Positions 9,695 to 17,504 of a stretch of DNA of 64,000 nucleotides are shown in pieces. Position numbers and translations under genes: made by a program. Where the stretch lies: positions 9,873 to 73,872 of the forward strand of contig CAZBWA010000001.1 of NCBI GenBank assembly GCA_964495555.1, in the 5' to 3' direction. How positions within the stretch are numbered: the first letter of the stretch is position 1; every line of letters begins with the position of its first letter. This DNA comes from an uncultured Bifidobacteriaceae bacterium (lineage in GTDB: Bacteria; Actinomycetota; Actinomycetes; S36-B12). Under the pieces are notes generated by a model. That model saw nothing but the letters and a program-made list of their open reading frames with translations. It was not told the origin of the DNA and made no database searches.

Positions 9695-11714
9695 ACCCCT
9701 GGTGTCCGTGATCCTGATCGGCTTCCAGGACGAGGCACGCATCGGGCGGGCGCTCGCCTCCGTCCGCAACCAGACGGTCCACTCCATCGAGATCATCGTC
9801 GTCGACGATGCCTCGACGGATGGCACGGAGGCGATCATTCGCGATGCCATGGCTGCGGATCGGCGGATCCGCTACGAGCGCCTTGCGACGAATTCGGGAG
9901 GGTGTAGCGCCCCCCGGAACGCCGGCCTGGCGCTGGCACGCGCCCCCTGGGTGATGTTCTGCGACTCCGACGATGAGATGGAGATGCACGCCTGCGCGAA
10001 TCTGCTGGATGCTGCTGAGCGACTCGATGCCGACATGGTGTGCGGCACCGCGGCACGCATTGATGTGCGGTCTGGCGCGGTGAGCCGGTGGAGACCGGAC
10101 CTGCACGCCGAGGAACGTCTGTTCACGGACTTCGATGAGGGTCTTCTCTACGACACCATCGTTCCGAACAAGATCTTCCGCCGTTCGATGCTGGAGGAAT
10201 CCGGGATTCGGTTCCCGGACGATGTCCTCTTCGAGGACCAGCCCTTCACCCTGGCGTGTCTGCTCGCTGCACGGCGGGTCGCGGTGATCACCCCCGTCGT
10301 CTACCGGTGGTTCGTCGAACGAGGGGAGGATGAGGGATCGATCACCCAGGGGCGATCCCAGGTGCGCAACGTGCGTGATCGCATCGCTGTGAATCGGCTG
10401 ATGGATGCCATGCTCGTGGGGAGACCCGCGTGGCAGGCGGCGAAGGCGGTGAAGTTCCTCCGCCACGAGTGCTACCTCTATCTCTCCACGATCCTGGAAG
10501 CCTCGGATGAGTCCGCCCTGGCCGTGATGGCCGAGTTGGACGGGTACGTGCGCGAGGTCCCGGTCGAGGCGTTCTGGCAGGTGCGCTCGACGTTGCGGGT
10601 GGCGCTCTTCCATCTGTTGCGGGGTGATCTCGCGGGCATTCGCCGGGCGATGCGTTTCGAGCGCTGGGGGGCGGTCGTGGACGCGCGACTCGTCGAGGAG
10701 TCTGACGCCGTCCTCTTCGACAGGGATCCGAGTGTGGAGATCTTGGGACGTACCTCGCGCGCCTGGCTCGACGTCTCCGACCTACGGCTCACCGACATGC
10801 CATTCGGCATGCGGCGGTACCTCCATCGCCTCGAGGTGTTCGAACGCGACGGTGACACGGTCACGGCCTTGGTACGGACGACGGACCACATCGGCGACCT
10901 CGGCACAGTGGACGCGGAGCTCGCTTGGTGCGACGGTCGTGGAGATCCGATCCTCGTCCTGCCGCTCAAGCCTGCAGGCGTCGACGGTCACGATCGGCTC
11001 TGGCGCGGTCTCGGCCGCCTGTCGTTGGCGCCCCATCGAGTCGTACGCCGCAGTGATGCCGGGACCGTCCGCATCCTCATGCGCCGGGACGCTGCCGTGA
11101 ACTCCACCCCTGTCCGGACGACGTGCTCGCCGCGTACGTTCGCGCTGGGCGCGCTGACGCGGACCCCGGGTGCGACGGAGGTGCGGGAGGAGGGCCGCGA
11201 ACGCGCGGAACTCGCCTGGCGGGCTGGCGGAGAGTCTCGGGGACTGCTGCCACTCGTGCGCAGGGTGCTGGGCGGTCGCTGGGTACCTCCGGAGCAGGCG
11301 ATCCCTCCCGTACGGGACCGCGTATTCGTCGCCTACCTGCCGCTGCTGTCCGCCACGCCTTCCAGCGCGCTTCCCGACCCGTGGCGGGTGGTTCCTTTCG
11401 ATCTCGACTCCTGGAACGCGCACTTCGGTTCCCGTGCGGTCCTCCTGGTGGGTGGGGAGGGGATGCCACCGGTTCCCTTCCGCATGCGTGGGTGGGCGTG
11501 GGATGCCCGCCGACTGCGTGTCGATCGGGTGATCGAAGCCAGCGCCGTGGTCATCACGGATGATCCCCTCATCCTCACCGCGCATCCGCGCGCGATCGCC
11601 TTCCGGCCCGATCGGGGAGCAGCGCGATACGTCCTGCCACCCCTGGCATCGGCGCTGGAGACCCAGGCGGCACTCTTCGAGGCGATCGAGGCTCGTCTGG
11701 CGGTGCGCACATGA
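9687..11714 (+). CDS. Glycosyltransferase family 2 with ~400-aa C-terminal extension
   Basis: ORF 9687..11714. VSVILIGFQDEARIGRALASVRNQTVHSIEIIVVDDASTDGT..NSGGCSAPRNAGL..FCDSDDEM is a classic GT2 N-terminus. The C-terminal half is unassigned. Confidence 0.75.
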   Translation: MTEPLVSVILIGFQDEARIGRALASVRNQTVHSIEIIVVDDASTDGTEAIIRDAMAADRRIRYERLATNSGGCSAPRNAGLALARAPWVMFCDSDDEMEMHACANLLDAAERLDADMVCGTAARIDVRSGAVSRWRPDLHAEERLFTDFDEGLLYDTIVPNKIFRRSMLEESGIRFPDDVLFEDQPFTLACLLAARRVAVITPVVYRWFVERGEDEGSITQGRSQVRNVRDRIAVNRLMDAMLVGRPAWQAAKAVKFLRHECYLYLSTILEASDESALAVMAELDGYVREVPVEAFWQVRSTLRVALFHLLRGDLAGIRRAMRFERWGAVVDARLVEESDAVLFDRDPSVEILGRTSRAWLDVSDLRLTDMPFGMRRYLHRLEVFERDGDTVTALVRTTDHIGDLGTVDAELAWCDGRGDPILVLPLKPAGVDGHDRLWRGLGRLSLAPHRVVRRSDAGTVRILMRRDAAVNSTPVRTTCSPRTFALGALTRTPGATEVREEGRERAELAWRAGGESRGLLPLVRRVLGGRWVPPEQAIPPVRDRVFVAYLPLLSATPSSALPDPWRVVPFDLDSWNAHFGSRAVLLVGGEGMPPVPFRMRGWAWDARRLRVDRVIEASAVVITDDPLILTAHPRAIAFRPDRGAARYVLPPLASALETQAALFEAIEARLAVRT

Positions 11715-12772
11715 ACATCGTGATCCTGGCAAACAACATCGATGAGCTCGGCGGAGTGCAGCGGATCGTGCACACCCTGGCCGGGGGACTGTCCGCATCG
11801 CACCAGGTGGACCTTGTGGGCATCACGCCCTATCCCGTTCGGCACGACTACGGGACGTCTCGGTACTACGTCGAGCATCGACTCATGGACGAGCAGTGGC
11901 CCCCGCGCGGTGACCACGAGGCCCGACGACGCCGCGCCCGCCTCCGTGCGCAGGCGGTGGAGCGACTCCAGGGGCTCCTGGCGGAGCGCACACCGGGGGT
12001 GATCATCGTCGCGCAGGTCTGGGCGATGGAGATCCTCGCGGACGTCGACCATGCCGGATGGATCGTGATCGGTCAGTATCACGGGGCATTCGCCGCAGCG
12101 GCCACAGGGCGGGACCTGCGGCGCATCCTCACCTCGTACTCCGATGTCACGACGTTCCTCGCGCTCACCGATGAGGATGCGCGCGCGTTCACCGCCTGTG
12201 GACTGAACAACGTGCGCGTCATGGCCAACCCACTCGGCCAGTGGCCGCGCGCCGCAGATCCGATCGCCCCCGTCATCGGGTATCTCGGGCGCCTATCGCT
12301 CGAGAAGGGACCGGACGTGTTGCTGGAGGCGTGGGCGGAATTGGCCCCCGGGCATCCCGACTGGTCGCTACGGATCGCGGGGGACGGTCCGATGGCCGAG
12401 CAGGTCCTCCGACGCGCCGCGTCTCTTCCCCGTGTAAGCGTCCAGGAGCCCGTGGACGACCTTGAGGCGTTTTGGGCGGGCGTGGGGATCGGGGCATTCC
12501 CCTCGCGCACGGAGGGGATGCCCATGTCACTGATTGAGGCGCAAGCGGCGGGTGTGCCGTGCGTCGCGACGGATTGCTCCTCGGGTGTGCGAGTCCTCTC
12601 GCCGACGGTCCTCGTCCATGCCGATGCCTTCGCATCGGGTCTGGTCGCACTCATGGGGGACCCCGAGGGACGGCGGGAGGCGGGCCTTCGCGCCCGTCGT
12701 GCCATGGAGGTCTACCGACTCGACGTCGTCCTGTCCCAGTGGGAGGAGCTCTTCGCCCGCGTCGTGCGCTAA
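11711..12772 (+). CDS. Glycosyltransferase family 4 (GT-B)
   Basis: ORF 11711..12772 with an ATGA junction to the upstream gene. GYLGRLSLEKGPDVLLEAW..LRIAGDGP..FPSRTEGMPMSLIEAQAAGVPCVATD carries the E-x7-E motif. Confidence 0.8.
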   Translation: MNIVILANNIDELGGVQRIVHTLAGGLSASHQVDLVGITPYPVRHDYGTSRYYVEHRLMDEQWPPRGDHEARRRRARLRAQAVERLQGLLAERTPGVIIVAQVWAMEILADVDHAGWIVIGQYHGAFAAAATGRDLRRILTSYSDVTTFLALTDEDARAFTACGLNNVRVMANPLGQWPRAADPIAPVIGYLGRLSLEKGPDVLLEAWAELAPGHPDWSLRIAGDGPMAEQVLRRAASLPRVSVQEPVDDLEAFWAGVGIGAFPSRTEGMPMSLIEAQAAGVPCVATDCSSGVRVLSPTVLVHADAFASGLVALMGDPEGRREAGLRARRAMEVYRLDVVLSQWEELFARVVR

Positions 12773-13461
12773 AGGTGGGCGTTGGCGCGCGAGAGGTCTT
12801 CCTCGAAGTCCACCTCGACGGCGAAGAGGTCGGAGATGTCGATGGGGAGGACCTGCATCCCATCCTTCTCGATCGCGAGTTCCAGGCCCCTCTCGAAATA
12901 GTCCCCGTCCGCGCATTCGGCCAAGCGCGCGATGAGCATCTCCTTGTCGCGCGCACCCACGTAATTGATGCCGACCGCCTCGCCGAGGGCACCCTCGACC
13001 TTCTTGGAGAGCAGGGCCACGTACCCGTCTCCGTCCACCGTGTACTTGACCTCCTCGTCGCCCACCGCAGCGGTGTTGACGCAGATGAACGAGGTGTCCG
13101 TTTCGATGCTGGAGCGGCAACGCGTCAGGAGGGACCGATCGAAGACGACGTCGCCGTTCATCCAGAGAACGCCCCCGGGCCCGGAGAGACGTAGCGCCTT
13201 CAGGAGGCTGCGATTGGTGTTCGTCTGGTCGTAGGCCTCGTTGTAGATATAGGTGACGTCGGGGAACGCCTCCAGGATGAGCTCGAGCTTGAAGCCGACC
13301 ACCGTCGTGACGCGGAGATGCTCACCGAACTCTGCCTGCAGGTTGTCCATCTGCTGCTGCATGATGCTCCGGCCGTCGGACAGGGGTGTCAGGGGTTTCG
13401 GCCAGGGTCGACCCAGTCGAGTTCCCATCCCGGCAGCGAGGATGACCACCTGGTGGACCAT
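12769..13461 (-). CDS. Nucleotidyltransferase, LicC/IPCT-like (CTP:phospho-alcohol cytidylyltransferase candidate)
   Basis: ORF 12769..13461. VVILAAGMGTRLGRPWPKPLTPL is the N-terminal NTP-transferase loop. About 230 aa, the size and layout of LicC-type enzymes. Directly abuts the TagF-like gene. Confidence 0.7.
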   Translation of the reverse strand: MVHQVVILAAGMGTRLGRPWPKPLTPLSDGRSIMQQQMDNLQAEFGEHLRVTTVVGFKLELILEAFPDVTYIYNEAYDQTNTNRSLLKALRLSGPGGVLWMNGDVVFDRSLLTRCRSSIETDTSFICVNTAAVGDEEVKYTVDGDGYVALLSKKVEGALGEAVGINYVGARDKEMLIARLAECADGDYFERGLELAIEKDGMQVLPIDISDLFAVEVDFEEDLSRANAHL

Positions 13462-14697
13462 CTAGACCTCCCCTGTCACGCGTGTGCGCTGCAGAGTACG
13501 CACGGCGGCATCGTGGTCGGTGATGGCGCGGTCGATCTGGTCCCAGAAGGTCCGAGTGCTCTCCCCGGGACCGCGGTCCCCGAAGTAAAAGGTGCGCATG
13601 CGCTCGCGTGCACCGCGCATGTCGTCCGCCGTGAGCAGTGAGGCGATCGTTGCCTGCGCGTCCGAGACGGTGGTGGCATCCACGACGGTGAGGGCGTGAG
13701 CCACGGGGGAGTCCTGGATCAGCCGTGCGCGATCGGAACGGCGATCACACACCAGGATGGGTGCCTCCGGTCGCAGGTATAGGTGATCGAGCGTGACGCT
13801 GGACACGTCGGCGATCAGGAGATCGGTGGCACGGATCACACCCAGCATGTCTGCGTCGGCCATCACGGCGTGGGGTGCGCCCGCGTGGTGGATCCGCTGC
13901 ACGATCCGCTCATGCGCCCGGAGGATCGCTGGCGTCGTACTGCTGACGATGCGGGGGTGCGGCTTGTAGAGGACCCGGGCACCTGGTTGGGCGAGGGCGG
14001 CCTCGATCAGTGCGTATCCGTAGAGATCGATCGAGGTGTAGTTGTTGGCATCATCCTCACCCTCCCAGGTGGGTGCATACGTGATCGTCGGACCATCGTG
14101 TCGCGAGACCGGCGCGGTGACGTCGAGATCCAATTGAGGGCGTCCGATGGGTATGAGATGCGACTCGTCGAACCACGCCAAGGCGGCACGGTGCCGAGCG
14201 ATCGCTGCATCCCCTGCCACGAAGACTCGGTCGTAGGCCTTGGCCTGGTTGCTGACCATGCAGATCTTGTCGCTCTCTCCGTGGTTGACGTGCACGTGCA
14301 CGGCTTCCTGGTAGGCCAGGGATTGGAAATTTCCCCATCCGTTGTTCACGTACACCACGCACCGGAAATCCGCGGAGTCGTACAGGGCCATGAGGTCCTC
14401 GAAGGATGGAACGAGGAGGACGGGGAGGGAGGTGAGCTCGCGAGCGGCGTCGTACGTCTCCACGGAGCGTGTCACGACGATCGTGGGGCGCGGGCCGCTC
14501 TCGAACACCGGAAGCCACTGCTGGAGTTGGTAGATCTTGCTGGGAGGGTCCGAGAAATGCAGGGCGATGTCGGCATGGGGTACGTCGGTCAGCGTGAAGC
14601 CCTCGGCATCGCCCTGTCCGTACTGTCGAAGTCGGTTTGCGAGCGCGCGAGCCACCTTGCGACTCATGGAACTCCATGACGACGTTGTGCGGCTCAC
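13462..14697 (-). CDS. CDP-glycerol/polyol-phosphate glycerophosphotransferase family protein (TagB/TagF-like)
   Basis: ORF 13462..14697. YAPTWEGEDDANNYTS..VLYKPHPRIV..DLLIADVSSVTLDHLYL..PILVCD resembles the TagF catalytic domain. The start could instead be the ATG at 14667. Confidence 0.75.
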   Translation of the reverse strand: MSRTTSSWSSMSRKVARALANRLRQYGQGDAEGFTLTDVPHADIALHFSDPPSKIYQLQQWLPVFESGPRPTIVVTRSVETYDAARELTSLPVLLVPSFEDLMALYDSADFRCVVYVNNGWGNFQSLAYQEAVHVHVNHGESDKICMVSNQAKAYDRVFVAGDAAIARHRAALAWFDESHLIPIGRPQLDLDVTAPVSRHDGPTITYAPTWEGEDDANNYTSIDLYGYALIEAALAQPGARVLYKPHPRIVSSTTPAILRAHERIVQRIHHAGAPHAVMADADMLGVIRATDLLIADVSSVTLDHLYLRPEAPILVCDRRSDRARLIQDSPVAHALTVVDATTVSDAQATIASLLTADDMRGARERMRTFYFGDRGPGESTRTFWDQIDRAITDHDAAVRTLQRTRVTGEV

Positions 14698-14768
14698 GAG
14701 CAGAGCGTCTCCTCGAAGGTGCCTGTGTCAGGCGGGGGCTCACATCGGACTGGCCTATCGTAATCGCC

Positions 14769-15542
14769 GTGCGCACCATCTGGGAGCACCGGCAAGTACT
14801 TCGCATGCTGGTCCGTCGTGATCTGCAGAAGCAGTACACGACGTTCCGTCTCGGCTATCTCTGGACGCTCCTCGAGCCCTTGGGAATGGCGATCGTGCTG
14901 TGGTTCGTCTTCTCGGTCCTGCTGGGTGCACGCGATTTCGGCTTGAGTCCCTACCTGCTGTTCATCGTGGTCGGAGTCCTGCCGTGGTGGTGGTTCCTGA
15001 AAGGTATTCGAGCAAGCACCAAGGTGCTTCAGAGGGCACGAGCGGAACTGACCTTCAGCCTGCTTCCCACACAGGTATGGATCCTGCGCGTCATCATCTC
15101 CTCGGGCGTGGAGTTCGTGCTGTCGCTTCCGATCGTCGTGCTTGCCATGATCCTCACGCGCACGATCCCAGGACCGCTCATCCTGTTGTTCCCGGTCGCG
15201 ATCATCCTGCAGTTCCTGATCATGTACGGAATCGCATTGATCATCGCGCCCGCCGTCGCACTCACTCCCGACCTCGGACGCACCGTGCGCATCGTTCTGC
15301 GCGCGATGTTCTATTTCACGCCCATCCTCTACACCCTCGGTCGGATCCCCGAGGCTGTCCAGAACATTGCGGCGATCAACCCACTGGTGGGCGTCCTGGG
15401 CCTGTATCGGATCGGCTGGTGGCCGGAGGAGGCCATCACGGTCAGCGCACTGGGGATCTCGATCGCGAGCGGGCTGGTGGTCCTCCTGGTGGGGCTTGTG
15501 GTCTTCCACCGTCTTGAGCCTCGTGTGCTGAAGGAGGTCTGA
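14769..15542 (+). CDS. ABC-2 type polysaccharide/teichoic acid export permease (TagG/Wzm-like)
   Basis: In-frame GTG at 14769 of ORF 14637..15542 (earlier starts would overlap the divergent TagF-like gene). VRRDLQKQYTTFRLGYLWTLLEPL followed by six hydrophobic segments. No SD. TATCGT at 14756-14761 is compatible with a leaderless transcript. Confidence 0.75.
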   Translation: MRTIWEHRQVLRMLVRRDLQKQYTTFRLGYLWTLLEPLGMAIVLWFVFSVLLGARDFGLSPYLLFIVVGVLPWWWFLKGIRASTKVLQRARAELTFSLLPTQVWILRVIISSGVEFVLSLPIVVLAMILTRTIPGPLILLFPVAIILQFLIMYGIALIIAPAVALTPDLGRTVRIVLRAMFYFTPILYTLGRIPEAVQNIAAINPLVGVLGLYRIGWWPEEAITVSALGISIASGLVVLLVGLVVFHRLEPRVLKEV

Positions 15543-15544
15543 GG

Positions 15545-16351
15545 GTGGCACGCATACGCATCGACCCCCAGTCGGAGTCGGCCGTGTCCTTCAGTCACGT
15601 GTCCCTGGCGCTGCCCAAGCGCAAGAGACGCCAGGGGGGTGGTCGACGCCAACGTATCCGGCGCCTCGCGGGTGAGACCCGACGTGAGGACTTCCCGGCG
15701 CTCACGGATGCCTCCTTCACCGTGCAACCGGGGGAGTCGGTGCTCGTGGTGGGCGCCAAGTCCGCCCATCGCCGCGCGGTCCTCCGATTGACGGCAGGCA
15801 CGGTGATGCCGGACGAGGGTGTCGTCACGCGACGATTCACATGGATACCGATGATCGACCTCGCTCGCACGTTGGGACGGGGATTCACCGTGCGGCACAA
15901 CATCTATCTCCTCGGCGGCCTCCTCGGGATGACCCCCGACGAGGTGAGCGAGCGCGTCGAGGACATCGCGTCCACGGCGGGGCTCACGGCGAGGTTGGAT
16001 CGTCACCTGGGACAGGCGCCGGCCTCGGTCCGACAGAAATTGGCGTGGTCGACTGCAATGGCGACGGATGGACACGCCTTCGCGATCGATGAGGTTCTCG
16101 GCGTGGGGGAGCCCGCGTTCCGTGAACGGTGCTTCGCCCATATCGCGGATCTCCGTGCACGTGGTGTCACATTCCTCGTTGCATCAGATGCACCGCGCCA
16201 GTTGGATGCCTCATTCGACAGATCCCTGTACATCGATGCCGACTCCCGAATCCACTCGCTGAGCGTCGACGAGGGAATCGAGCGTATGCGCGCGGCGCGA
16301 CGTGCAGCGGTGCCGGAAGAGGATCCGCAGGAATTCGAGGACGACAACTAG
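15545..16351 (+). CDS. ABC transporter NBD-like protein in TagH/Wzt position with degenerate ATP-binding motifs
   Basis: ORF 15545..16351 with GTG start 7 nt after AAGGAGG (15531-15537). ABC-NBD layout, but the Walker A position reads GAKSAHRRA, the signature position reads APASVRQKLAW and the H-loop position reads VASD. The Walker B-like AFAIDE is retained. Confidence 0.7.
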   Translation: MARIRIDPQSESAVSFSHVSLALPKRKRRQGGGRRQRIRRLAGETRREDFPALTDASFTVQPGESVLVVGAKSAHRRAVLRLTAGTVMPDEGVVTRRFTWIPMIDLARTLGRGFTVRHNIYLLGGLLGMTPDEVSERVEDIASTAGLTARLDRHLGQAPASVRQKLAWSTAMATDGHAFAIDEVLGVGEPAFRERCFAHIADLRARGVTFLVASDAPRQLDASFDRSLYIDADSRIHSLSVDEGIERMRAARRAAVPEEDPQEFEDDN

Positions 16352-16361
16352 GCTCGTGGTC

Positions 16362-17504
16362 ATGGGTGGCCCCCTTCCCCCTGCGGAAGTCCTGCCGGAG
16401 GACGCGGTTCTCCTGCACATCGGCGTCCACAAGACCGGCACTACCGCCATCCAGGCGGCTCTCGCGGATGCGCGCGAGGAGTTGGCCTCGCTCGGTGTGC
16501 GGTACCCGGGCAAGTTGCAGGCGCAGCACCGCGCCGCCCTCGCTGTCCTGGGCAGACCGTGGGGATGGAACAACCGTGGTGGCGCCGTTCTCGATCGCGA
16601 ACACTTCGACCGACTATGTTCACGGGTAGCCGAGCACCCGGGCCGCGTCGTGATCAGCAGCGAATTCTTCTGCGAGGCACCGGAGGATGTCGCACGTGAG
16701 GTCGTCTCGGGCCTCGGTGACCGACGCGTGCACGTAGTGGTGACGTTGCGAAACCTCGGGCGCCTGCTCCCGTCCTCATGGCAGCAGTACCTCAAGTACG
16801 GCCTGACCACCGACTACGAACCGTGGCTGCAGGATGTGTTCGCGACTCCGGGGGTCTCGCGCATGTCCCCCACATTCTGGAAGCGGCATGCCCACGGATC
16901 CGTGGTGGAGCGGTGGGCGCGCGCGGTCGGTGCGGACCACATGTCGGTCCTGGTGCTCGAGGACGTCGATAGATCCGCAGTGTTCGTGGCGTTCGCGCAG
17001 ATGCTCGGCATAGATCCCCAGATTCTCGTCTCCCGTATGGACCTCACGAGCAATCGATCGATGACCGCGGCCGAGGCCGAACTACTCGTCCGGCTGAATG
17101 CACGCGTCAAGCAGCAGATGGACTGGTCGGAGTACGTCGCCGTCGTGCGGCGGGGAGTCGCCCGCGGAATGGTGGAAGGCCGGGAACCCTCTGCGGACGA
17201 GCCCCGGCTGGTGACTCCTGGATGGGCCCTCGACGCGGCGGCGGTGGAGGGGCGCGTGGCGGCCGACGCGATCACCGCCAGCGGAGTGCGCGTGCTTGGG
17301 GACGTCGATGCACTCGCTGTCCGAGTCCCCGACGAAGGGGGCGGATCGGTCGATCGGATTCCGATCGATGCTGCGGTGGAGGCTCTCGCGGCCATGGTGG
17401 AGGCCGTGCACGAGGAGCCAACGAGCCGTCAACTGGCGGGGCGCCTGTGGCGGCAGGTCCGGCGCGACGGATGGCGGAGCCTGCTGCGGGAGACATCGGA
17501 GTGA
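16362..17504 (+). CDS. Sulfotransferase-like protein (tentative)
   Basis: In-frame ATG at 16362 of ORF 16302..17504. LLHIGVHKTGTTAIQ resembles the 5'-PSB loop (PKxGTT) of sulfotransferases, and VVVTLRNLGRLLPSSWQQY resembles a 3'-PB segment. Assignment is from motifs only. Confidence 0.5.
   Translation: MGGPLPPAEVLPEDAVLLHIGVHKTGTTAIQAALADAREELASLGVRYPGKLQAQHRAALAVLGRPWGWNNRGGAVLDREHFDRLCSRVAEHPGRVVISSEFFCEAPEDVAREVVSGLGDRRVHVVVTLRNLGRLLPSSWQQYLKYGLTTDYEPWLQDVFATPGVSRMSPTFWKRHAHGSVVERWARAVGADHMSVLVLEDVDRSAVFVAFAQMLGIDPQILVSRMDLTSNRSMTAAEAELLVRLNARVKQQMDWSEYVAVVRRGVARGMVEGREPSADEPRLVTPGWALDAAAVEGRVAADAITASGVRVLGDVDALAVRVPDEGGGSVDRIPIDAAVEALAAMVEAVHEEPTSRQLAGRLWRQVRRDGWRSLLRETSE

Noticed and set aside
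14637-14768. Upstream starts for the ABC-2 permease (14637, 14676)
   Set aside because: They would overlap the divergent TagF-like gene start (14697), and the added residues are not membrane-protein-like.
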